DNA of 64,000 bases from Epiperipatus broadwayi (taxonomy: Eukaryota > Animalia > Onychophora). The notes under the pieces are model-generated. The model saw nothing but the letters and a program-made list of their open reading frames with translations, made no database searches and was not told the DNA's origin. The first letter of the stretch is position 1. Each line of letters opens with the position of its first letter. Positions 49,268 through 61,100 of the stretch are shown piece by piece. The position numbers and the translations under genes are program-made. Location of the stretch: assembly GCA_028023455.1 (NCBI GenBank), contig JAQFVV010000005.1, positions 9,982,001 to 10,046,000 of the forward strand, given 5' to 3'.

Positions 49268-50691
49268 TTTTAGACACAAGTAAAATATCCTAGAATATAG
49301 CTCATACCTTTTAAGTTGTTAGTTTGAATACTGTAAAGTAATTATATTTTATTTTATTAAAGAAAAGCTGTTGTCTTGATTTGTTATATAAATTACAAAT
49401 TTTATAAACTGCACAATAAAAATCAACACTTGCGTACTAAGCACATGAAAGATTAAATCCAAGGTGGGTAAAAATTAAACATTTTGTCAGGACTCTAGCA
49501 GGCTTAATATTTTTTCTTTTAAGTAACCAACCCAGATGACCATTCATTATTGATTACTAAATTAATATCTCACTATTCTTGTTTAGAGAGTAAAATGAAG
49601 ATGTAGGCTTATTGAAATGTTCACCTTATAATTAAAAAAAATATTAATTTCCTATATTTTTATTTCTAAATGCCCTTATTGAACAAATATTTCAATGCCT
49701 TTACAATTGTTTTCAAGGTTAAAACACTTAAATATTTTTTCTTTGATTTGGAAAGATTCATTAATTGATACAAATAAATACTTTAAGTTAAAATATATAA
49801 ATACTTTAAGTTGAGGTGCATTAGAAAAAAACTGCCCTTTCATCCAAAATATTAATACATTGATATATTGTTTGATGAAAGAGATTTATTTTTTGAAGCT
49901 AAAAAAATTCACTCATTTATAAATTAGCTATCTAAAAATAACTTTTTAAAAATAATTATAGCAAAATAATTTTCTTTAATGGTATTAGAATGATCACTAT
50001 ACTGTTAAATGAAACATTTTCTGAACCTTTAATTCAGATTTAAAAGCCAATTTAAGTTTTATAAATTCTTCTATCTACTGGCTATTTTATTTGATTTCGT
50101 TTTTAATTATACTTTTTGAACACAGAAACTAATCATTGTTCCATTTCATTCTGATTTCTTCTTTCTTATAAACTTTTTGGAATGAATTTTTAAAGTTAAA
50201 AAATAAACAATATTTTTATAGATAAATTTAATGACAGATGTATCTACATAAATTCTTTAATTTTTGAATGCTATAATTATTTGGTACTTGAGTATTAACT
50301 AAGCTATGATTTTAAATTTATATTGAAGATAAAATAATTAGATTTTTATTAATTTTGCCTGAGGTAAAGTTTAATTAAGTAACTTATTTAATGTTGGTAT
50401 GTAGTCCCTCACTACAAAAGTAATTAATAGAACAATAAATAAATAAGTATGTTCTACTGTGAAATAAAATTAAAGAAAAACAGTACAATAAATATTTATA
50501 AGTTAATGATCCTAATTACCATGTTTTATTTTTTTTATATTATTCCAACATTTTATTTAATTCAAGATTTTCAAGGTGCAGTTAGTGAATACCTTTATTT
50601 GATTGATCATTAAAAAGATTATAGTATATTTAATTGTTAAGTAGACAGATGAAAACAAATCACCCATTAAAGAATAAGTTGATGTTCTTCA

Positions 50692-50779
50692 AAGACTTAA
50701 TTAAAAAAAATTACATCTAATAGTTGTGTTGAGGTAAGACTTAATTAAAAAAAAATACATCTAATAGTTGTGTTGAGGT
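50692..50779. repeat. ~44-bp tandem duplication
   Basis: AAGACTTAATTAAAAAAAA(T/A)TACATCTAATAGTTGTGTTGAGGT twice. Confidence 0.9.
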
Positions 50780-50823
50780 GAGAAACATCATTATTTATAA
50801 ATTAATTCATTAAAAAATAGAAA

Positions 50824-51320
50824 ACCATTAAACATCACCATTTCTTATGCTTGCTCATAACTGTTATTATAAAACTGGCAAAACTCTCCATACAGTAGTG
50901 ATACTCAGTGCAAGCCAGAGTAATCAATGGATGCCAAAAGGCTTGTGCATAAAATTCCTATCTAGTGCCTACTCATCCAATGACTTTTGTCAGAGAGGAG
51001 CTTTGGATCTGAGAGCACTGTACCTAGATCTTATGATCTAATGCAACCTTCCAGCAGCCAGCTTTTATCTCTACTTAACTACAAAACTATGAGTCTAAAA
51101 TTGAAAACAATAATATTTTTAATTTAAGCTCATTAGCTTATATAGTCATATAGGTCTGAACTCAGTTCAGTACCCATACATTTTGGTGTCTTTGGTTCTT
51201 TAATAAGCATAGCCACCACCATCCTATTAGGCAGAATTGGTGTTATACCACTAAATGTCACACGATCACCATTTCTTATGCTTGCTCATAACTGTTATTA
51301 AAACAGGCAAAAATCTCCAG
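50824..51320 (-). mobile_element. Family A element, copy 5 (head-to-tail partial tandem; HHR 3' half deleted)
   Basis: CATTTCTTATGCTTGCTCATAACTG at 50839 and 51270 (period 431). Modules A-B-C-A; the CCCCAGACTAGTTTCTGGCTTG segment is missing. Confidence 0.88.
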
Positions 51321-51559
51321 TAGAAAGTTTTTCAAATGGTCATTTCAATTCCAATTAACATAATTAAGTTTTGTGATAACTATATAAATCAATTTGTGAA
51401 TCACAAATAAAACTACATTTAGAGTACACTGTTCCATTACTCTGTTTACTCAATATTTTGTTTATGCTATCTTTTAACTTCTATAATAAACTTTACTTTC
51501 TAAAAAGTCTCCAACTTTTTGTCTAATATTATAGCTCTTCCTTATATCCTCAGTCATAT

Positions 51560-52500
51560 CTTTCCATTAAAAACAATCAATATTCCATTACTTTAGAATT
51601 TCCTGGAAATAATATTTGTAATATAAACAAAATCTATCTCTCAAGCAAGACCATGCTCAAGTTTATAATAAATATTTTAAAGAGATATATGATTCATTTA
51701 TTTTGCATATTTAAGATAGAATTTTACAATATAATGAACATTGTTTTGTTGATCTTTTCTTCAGCATTTAAGAATTTACAAATCTTTCTTAAATAAAATT
51801 TTTGAATATCTTTATGTCAATAGGAAATTCAGTGGTAGTTCTACATGTAACTAATTTAGTTGCAATAGATATTTCACTGTGATAAAATATTCTATCTTAA
51901 CTTATTATACTGTGCACCTCTACTTCTAAGTTAGCCTTTGTACTTAAAAAGCTACTGAGATATTTGAATTGGCTCATATTCTCAAATTTATTACCACTCA
52001 AACCAAAAATTGCTGAAGAATTTGTTTCCATTAAGAGTTGATAAAGACATTTAATTTTTTGTATATTAATTACTAATCTAAAATCTACTTGTATTTAAAA
52101 CATTAATCATTGTGTATTTAGCCTCTTGAGTTAGTGAAGGCAATACAATTATCAACATACTGAAACACAAAAATGATAAAAATGAAATTTTTGTTTTTGA
52201 TTCAAATTAAACTTTTATCATCCCGCTTATATCATATCTTAATCTCTGATTTACAAAGGCACTTATAAATATTTCACAACTGTCATAAATGTCAAAAATA
52301 AAGTCGGAACTTATACTTACCCCTTGTTTAAACTAACTTTTATAATATGTCCTTCCATTTTATCTTGCAGAAGCTGTATAATTGAATAAATTTTGGTTAA
52401 TAAATATAAAACAGCTGACTCAATAATAAATAACTAACCTTCAAAGTCTTTTTAACTTATAAGGAATTGCTGAGTGGATGGGGAAGTGGGACAAATCAGT
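51560..52500 (-). mobile_element. Heavily degraded RTE-clade LINE RT remnant
   Basis: Minus-strand pieces PTLFLTFM, KFNL, FQYVDNCIAF (YADD region), and GNKFENMSQFKYLSSFLSTKANLEVEV. Boundaries approximate. Confidence 0.6.
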
Positions 52501-53796
52501 TAATGAATTCACATATATTTTAAACATTGAAGTAAAGGTGAATATTAAATTGCTTACTAAGTTATTAAAATTAATATGTTATAAATGACAAACCAACTGA
52601 GAATGCATCCTTCTGGGACACTGAATATTTAGGGGCACTGCTACTAAAGGTCTTTACATTATAAAAATCTCACATTACAAATCTCAAAGTAATATGAAAG
52701 ATTTTTGTTTATTATGTATCTAGTAAATGGATTACAAGGCAATTGTTATATCAATTATAAGTAAAATGAACATGTCCTAGAAATCACCACATCTTTGGTA
52801 CACAAAGAAGTAGCAATGCTGACAAATGAATAGCTAAATGTTACTCAGAACTAATTTTGGAATAATACAGTCTGCAATATTTTATATTTAGTATTCCATA
52901 TGATCATTTAAATAATTTTTTCACAAAAGGTAAAATTTGATACTAAAATTAGTTCTACTATGTCAATATAAAAATTACAATTTATAATTAAGGAGAGGAA
53001 TATAAATCAAATATCATGTGACTGGATTATTCAATTTACAGTTTGATTAATTATTTTATATTAATTATCCTTATATAAATATTTGACTTTAACTGTTTTA
53101 TTTAAAATGTTAACTATTAATTTATACATTGTTTTTTAATTAGTAATATCTGAGATTATAAGGAATTTACTACAAAAAAGCAATAACTGAAATACAGTCT
53201 GTATCAATATATATAATATATAGGGTATATGAGCACAGACTTTCACATGACTTACCACTCTCCACTCTATCTCATAACACTGATACACTTGAACGACTAA
53301 GCAAGTAAAATTGGTTTTGATGAAATGAATATTGTTATTTTTAATATAATTTCCTGTAGATATATATATTTTCTATATTTTGCATTTATTTTATTTTTTG
53401 TGGTAGTATTTTTTCACTTAATGCTAACTATTTTTTTTTAAATCTATAATTTTAATGATGACCAAAATATGCATTAATATTGATTTGGTATCATTGCTCA
53501 ACTATTGTAACAAGATAAAACCACAAAACATCTATCTTCAAATTGCCTTCATCTTCATTATTTTTCTAAAAAGCAGTAAACTATTTTTTACACTCAGACA
53601 GCAATCACACTTGCAGTATTATTACATGATATAGTATTATTATTTAAAATATTTAATAAAATAGACCAAAATATTTATTCCTTTAATTACTGTTGTATTT
53701 CTGTGCTTATGTAGAAATAAATACATATTATTAATAATTGTATAATGTTATTAGTAAAATAAAATTAATACATATACAGGATGTATAGACAATATA

Positions 53797-53932
53797 TATA
53801 TATAAGACATTTTGCGGGTTTATTCATGTTAAAAAATTTAAATATTGACATACTGACATTTTGACTTGTTCACATAAGTCATCCACTGGGTGATAAAAGG
53901 TAGAAAGACCCGCAAAATATATCTTTTATATA
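53797..53932. mobile_element. Small MITE-like inverted repeat
   Basis: ATTTTGCGGGT(T) ... (G)ACCCGCAAAAT core, with AT-rich extensions and TA-rich flanks. Confidence 0.45.
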
Positions 53933-53999
53933 TGCAATCCGTGAAAATCTTTGAATCACATATATATATAGATCCACTTAGTTTATATTGAGAGTTAAT

Positions 54000-55000
54000 A
54001 TTTATTTAACACTGGAAAAATATTTGCTTTAGAAAACAAAGTTTGTGATGAGGGAGTAAAAAGTATTGTAAGGCATACTAATTTTAAAGTGCATTTTATT
54101 GCTTATAAGAATTAGTTACAGAGTTAGATATGATATATAATCACATAATGGCATAATTTACATATATAAAACAAAAATTAATAGCACACATTACAAAATC
54201 AGTAAAAAAATTGATACAAGTTGGGGGTAATACAATTATGACATCATGTTAAGTATAATCTCTATTAAAGCAAATGAAATAATAATTGTAAAATTATACA
54301 TTAAGAGAAAATTTCAAATATGTTGAAGCAAACAATTATCATTTAGGAGAAAAAAATAATCGCTGTTTAGAGAAATATTATAAATAAGCTTTATGTTGCT
54401 GTAAATATATTAGCAAATAATTTTATCTTTGCTTTTAATCTTTATCAGAATATTAAGGTAATGAGATTGAAATTTTCTAAAAATATAAGATTAAAAATGA
54501 AATGGCATCTTAGAAAACAAAGAGTAAAATAATGAAAGTTATGTTAAAAAAAGTCTATATATTTTTAATGAGGATGAGACTAGTTGATATGTTTGTAAGA
54601 GGGATAGTAATCAAGAAATATTCAAGAATTTATTTTTTATTAAACAAAGAATGAAATTGATCAATATTTATATTTGTTGTTTTGCCAAACAGAAAAGTTT
54701 TTATTAGTAAATCTTTGAAATTGTTATTTATCAAAAAATCTAAATATTTGGGTTTCAAAAGCTAAAGGCTGAATGACTATTGTTTGTAAAAAGTAAGAAA
54801 TTATTTTACTTTCAGCATTTGTGTTATTATCCAGTCAATGTGCTTCTCAGTATTCAATAAAATTGGAGAATAATATTAGATTTGACCTGTATGAAAATAT
54901 CAGTTTCTTTATAATTTGTTTCTGATAAAGAGTGGAGATTCATGGAAACTATAGCTATATGCATTTCCACATTGGGAAAAGAAGTAATAAATTTACTGAC
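54000..55000 (+). mobile_element. Very old LINE RT remnant
   Basis: Scattered LANNFIFA, MRLKFS..KSKIMKV and KYLG-like pieces in the expected order; too decayed to type. Confidence 0.3.
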
Positions 55001-58000
55001 ATTGATTATAATCTCACCAATCAGAAAATAGAGCTAGCATACAAGAAAAAATCATTAAATTTTACATTTTTTAAATAGCCACTGTTGTTGGCTATCTTAA
55101 TTTTTTTACAAAAAGAGTATTCATGAAGGAATATATAAAAGGGATAATAGAAGCATAGCATATTATTTTGGAAAATAATATACTTTGAGAGAAATAATTG
55201 CATGTAAGAAAAAATTAGACTTGGAGAGAGAGACTTTAAACTTTCTACTGAACTATCAGACTATTTTGTTTAATTATATTTAATTCACTGTAAAGAAAAT
55301 AAAAGAGAATGCCCAGGAATTTAGGAGAAAGAACAAGAAATTAGAAAAAATATTTTCTTGCCAGTTGGGTATGCTTCTTGAGGATGTTTTTTGTTAAATA
55401 TCAAAGAGAATTATTGGATATGTCCATTCAATACTATGTTGAGGAAAATATATCTTAAGGGAAGACAACTAAGTGAATCATAAAATAAATAATTAAAAAA
55501 TTGGTTAATAAGAGGTATATAAATATTTATATACTAGCTGTCCTCACAGCTTCACTTGCAGTAGAAAACTAGATTTTTAAAAGTAAGTATCATAAAGAAA
55601 AACAAGAAAATCATGTAAGATTCATTATAATTGGTGCAATATCTTTAGTAGGAAAATAATTTTTAATATTATATACATATATAATAAATAGATATAATAG
55701 ATCAAGAGTAAATGTATATTCCTGAATTGTTTGTTGTAGAATTTTAGTATTCATTCTGGTTGAATGCAAATCTAAAAAGAATATATTAAAGTTGATAATT
55801 AAAATATTTTAGTAATATTTACATAAAATAATAATAGAATTATCAACAGCCATTAAATATGACTATTGTAACACATTTTTAGAAACAATTTTGTATTTTA
55901 AATAAAATGCTTTTAATTTGAATAGTTTCAATTTTAAAATTATGAAATAAATAAGTAAATTAAATTTTGTTTGTACATATCTGGTATATTAAAATTTCTG
56001 AGTTATTTTAAAACTTAGTTTAATTTATCAGAAATATATTTAAAATGAAATCCTAAATGTTTATCAAATTCTATAATCTAACATTGTAAATTATAATGTT
56101 CCTGTATTTCCCATCAAATGATTAAGATTTTGACAGATTTTTATATGGACAATAACAGTACATTAATTATCAATTGCAGTATCACAAAAATATAACATTT
56201 TACTTTGAAATTTGAACATAGTAGTATTTTTTCCATGCTCAACTTGCAAGTGACAACTTAAATTTGCAGCCATAGACCACAACACCAATCAGTGTTGTAA
56301 ATATTTTCATTTTTATGATGTCATTGCAAATTCTGATGAATTTTTATATTGTTAATTATTAAAGTTGTTAAACAATTAAATACTCTAAATCAAAAATTCA
56401 TAGATTATAAAATTCTCCACGAAAAACAAAAAAAAATTGTATAAGATTGATACAATATTTGTTGAGTTATAAAGTAATAAACAAACAAACTTTCACATTT
56501 ATATATTAAAATAGATATTGAAATTAAATGAACTTAACCAGATCTGGGGTTGTTGTATATTACAAGCTGCCTTGAATAATTGTGTATAATTAGAAAGATA
56601 GACCAAATATTCTTAAATGTAATAAAACAAAACTAATAAAAAAAATTCTTTTTATTTATGACTCATATTTAACTGATTATGTGATTTAAATAAAATAAAA
56701 GTAATAATCATATTTCATTCATAAAATGCTTGTATGAATTATTTGTAAAACTTTATAATATTAAAAGTGATATGCATAATTACAAATATCACTTATTCTC
56801 TATTCATTGAATACTGGCAGAGGAGAGAGAGAAAGAGCTAGAAACAAACAATTTATAGTTTTCTATAGACTTGTTCAAGAAGAATACAAATGTATAAATA
56901 AAGAATATATAAAGTAGAAATTAAATAATTTGAACATGAGTTTTTAAAGGTTCAAAATGAATTTTGTACTTAATAAATGGTATAAAATGAACCAGAAAAA
57001 GAGACTCTTCAAAGACCCTAATGGAGGATTCCAAAATCTGTAACTAAAAAATGAGACAAGAAAAATAAAAACTATTTGTACGTCCTTGTTTAAATGCCAA
57101 ATTTATACTGATACAATCAAGAACATGAAGATGCTAAACTTATTAATGCCCTAAGATTTTGAATAAGTTGAATCTAAAATAGTACAAAATAAAGAAAGAT
57201 TTAACTAATCTTTTATAATAAAATACTAAAACAATCAGTGTTAAGAGTTATAATAAAATAAATTGATCGTATGGACTGTTCACTTTATATGCCCCATAAA
57301 TTATGAAGAGGAAATTTAAAATAATGCTAATTATATAATATAGAGATATAATGAAATAAATTTAATAGCTAAAATTAGTAATGCTATACTAGTTAAATAT
57401 ATCAAATCTGTAATAGAGTAAAATGAGTGAAGATTAAGCAGGATTTATTAATAAAATAATCAAAATTTATGTTGAAATAGTATTTAATATTTATTCATAT
57501 GTTTACATTGGTATTCAGTCATAAATAACATCTGTTACTGTGGTAAATTGATATGGTATCAAGAATGTATAAATATATTAAGCCTAATGATTATGTAAAA
57601 TTTTATTGCAAGAATTTAATAATAGCTTTTATACCAATGAGTGTTCATGAAAATATTAAATTAACTTTTAATCCTTGCTTGATTTTACTATAGCAAAATT
57701 TACATTACTTTGGTAATTAGATCTTATGTGTTATAATGTTATAATAAAACTATAATTGCTATTTGTTATATTTATTAATTTAAATGAAACTCATAATTTG
57801 AATTTAATGAAGAAGAATAATTTATTTATAAAGGGAACAATAGAAAATTACTGAATATGTTTATGATAATTTAGATTACAATATCATATAATATTGTATT
57901 TGTTTGAACTATCAAAAAGATGCTAGACATAAACATTCTTTTCAAAACCAAAAAATATCCCTTTATCTATTAATTTCAAATGAACAAAATATAAAATTAT

Positions 58001-58168
58001 ATATAAGAAAATATTAACTTGTTATAGCTTGCTTACTGAACATTCATGCACAATCCAAACAAATTATTAAGTAAAATCTATTACGATTATAAATCTTAAA
58101 TTTAGAATTATTAAAATTTTCTTTTGGGTTAAGTGCACATTCAAATATTCACATACACATAAGTATAT

Positions 58169-61100
58169 TGAAACAGACATGTTGTTTCATAAATAGACTG
58201 AAGTCTCCCACTCATGTTATAAAACAAGATGTGTGCAGTCAAATTCTTGGACAAAGAAAAGGAAAAATCAATATTTAAAATCTACAGTGAAAAATTGGAC
58301 TACACATTTATTTAATGAATCTTTAAACATTGAAAAATTTGGGGTTTGAAATTAAAATGTGATCAGTATGTTTATTTGTTAGAGCTTAGTGTTTTCCAAA
58401 ATAAAGCATACAAATGTTGTAATTCCAAGAATAATAGTGTACTTTTTGCCTTAGGCAAATGAAGTAAACATGTTGAGTCAGCATGGGTGAGATCAAAGAG
58501 GATATTGAAAAACACCATGGGAAGTTGGAGTAGAAAAAGCAAGCAATTGATCAATTCCAAGAGTTGCAGTTGACTGATTATAACAGTTGCTTTGCAGTAA
58601 ATAGTTCAGTATTTAGTCATTATGCAGTGAAGAGTTTAAATAATTGGACCAACTAAAAGTTTGGAGCCACCATGGCCAGTAATTAAAGAGTGCTGCAGTT
58701 TAAGAGAAATCCAAGGTTACCATAAAACTAATATGAAGAAACAGCTTATTTATACAGTAAACACAAATGTCTGATTAGTAAGGAATAGCTCATTCTCCTT
58801 CCCACATCATGGAAGAGAAGATGAAGAAATATGCCTGTAACCATAAGTAAACCATTCAGCTCTAAAGACCAACCCCCTTTTAATGTGAAGATTGTACCAT
58901 TCAGTTCTAGCATAAACTTGAAGACCATCACATAGATTTAAAAAGGTAATAAAACCCTAGATGGTTATTAAAACATGTTTTATTAAGATTGATGTAAATG
59001 CGCTATGATGTAAAGATATTACCAATAATTATTTAAGTATCTGTGATGTACACATGGATATGTAAGTCCCTGTTATATGAATGCTGGTAAAAAGAGATTA
59101 TTGGACAAATGTTGCCTAAAATATGAACTTAGCCTTTGTAAAAATGGATAGGCATATGGATTTCAGTGAGGGAATTAAGCATCAGAGAAGTTACCAATGC
59201 AATAGACTAATTGATTAATGGAAACTGAACCATTAATGGACTTTTTGAAGGATTTCTTATCCAAAGTACTGTTAGTTAAATAAATTGTTGTTACATAAAA
59301 CTAATATATTTTATCAGTATCATTTTGCATTATTCATCAATCAGTGTACTTGGTTCATAGGAATCTCATGTTCCTGAACTATGTCTGGCATGACTTGATC
59401 TGGATGAGTAAGGTTGTAGTGAAGTGGAACTCTAGTGGCACCATTTGGGAAACCAAACAGATAAACTTATAGCTGTTGTCAGGGAGGTGATATCAGCCAA
59501 TCATTCTTTCCTTCCTGTAATATGCTCATTAGGAAATAATCAACCACTGGAGTCACCCTAATTGTGAGGCACAATCTAGCTAGCCTGCCCATAGGCATAA
59601 AAAGCTAAAAGAAAAAAAGAAACAGACAAAGAAAATTATTAATGAAGAAATATGGAAGGCAGAAGAAAATTACAATTCTATAAGTTGTGAACAATGCACA
59701 CAATGAAGGGATGTAAAATGGAATGAATAATGAGAAATTAAAAGAAGTAAATAAAATGAATAGTATACAAGGAATAATATAGGCATAATAGAGAAGTTGG
59801 AGCTAAATTATGGTGTGGAGGGAGAGGGAAGCTTACTAAAGTTAGATAATAATAAATTGTGCTTTCACACTTCCAACGTAAAGCTATAACAACAAATTGA
59901 AAACAATTAAATGGCTGAGTGCTTTCAAGAAAATGTACTTCTCATATTCATAGCCAGTTATGATCCTTTCTTTGGAATCAATTATATAAATAAAGTGTGA
60001 AAGCACGATTTAATATTATTATATTGAAGACAAATGTAAAGTATAAATATACAGGATATTACTTAAAGTTAGATAACTAAAAGAAATCAGTAATAAAATT
60101 GTAAAGAATTAATATTAAAAGAAAGTAAATTGCAAGTTAGTAAAAAAATAGATGATAACTAGAGCAAGGACAAAAATGAACACGGAAGCTGAGAAAAATC
60201 TTCCTAGCAAAAAACAAAAGCAAGAAGGAAGTGACCCAAAAGAGGATGATCAGCAATAAATGGAAGGAACTCAGAATATAGAGGATGCTTCCATGCTAAT
60301 CCAGCTATTAGAAATGTTTAAAGCTGAAAATAAAAAGAGACCAATAAAGATAAGATGATAATAAACTAAGAAGCTGAAAATAAAAAGAAAGACCAACAAA
60401 GAGAAGATAAAAAACAAATAATAGAAGCAAATCAAAATGAGAAGATGGAAGAACAGATTGAAGAAGCAAATTGAAGAATAGAGAAATTATAGAAGCAATT
60501 GAATGTCAAAATGAAAAAATTAACCAAATAATTAGATTACTGATAAAATATTGAGATTTCAAGAAGAGGTTATGGAAGAAATAACAAGAGATTAAGATTG
60601 CCCAAATTTGTGAAGACATGAATATGAAGACAGAAAGAATCAGAAATCCATACAGGAGCAAGTGGATAGCTTGACCACCCAAGTAAAAGAACTGCAAATA
60701 AAAAGCAGCTGCATGCTGCCAGAGCAACATATGCCTGACAAGAGTCAAGCAAAGAAGGGACAAAAACAATCCCCAAAAAAATTTAGAAGAAAACTTCCAC
60801 AAATATTTTCAAGAAGTGCCAATAACCAACTACATGCCAGTAGTTGTAAAGCAATTCCTTAAAATATGGACATTTTCAGGAGCTCTAATGAAGCACCTAT
60901 TGAGTATATGAAAAGCTTAGAGATGTACTTCAGCATTAATGTCATGTCTCAAAGAGGTGAAACTGGCAATAGCTTGCAGTCATTTGCAGGGTGCATAACA
61001 AGAATGGTGGGAGTCACTATTTAGTCAGCACAACAATTTCAATAATTTAAAAAATTCATGAACTGTTATTGGAGTGATGATTGTCTGGAGGGCATTAAAT

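Noticed and set aside
60506-60862. ORFs 60506-60802, 60570-60776 and 60662-60862
   Set aside because: Antisense or off-frame pieces of the degraded gag region, not independent genes.
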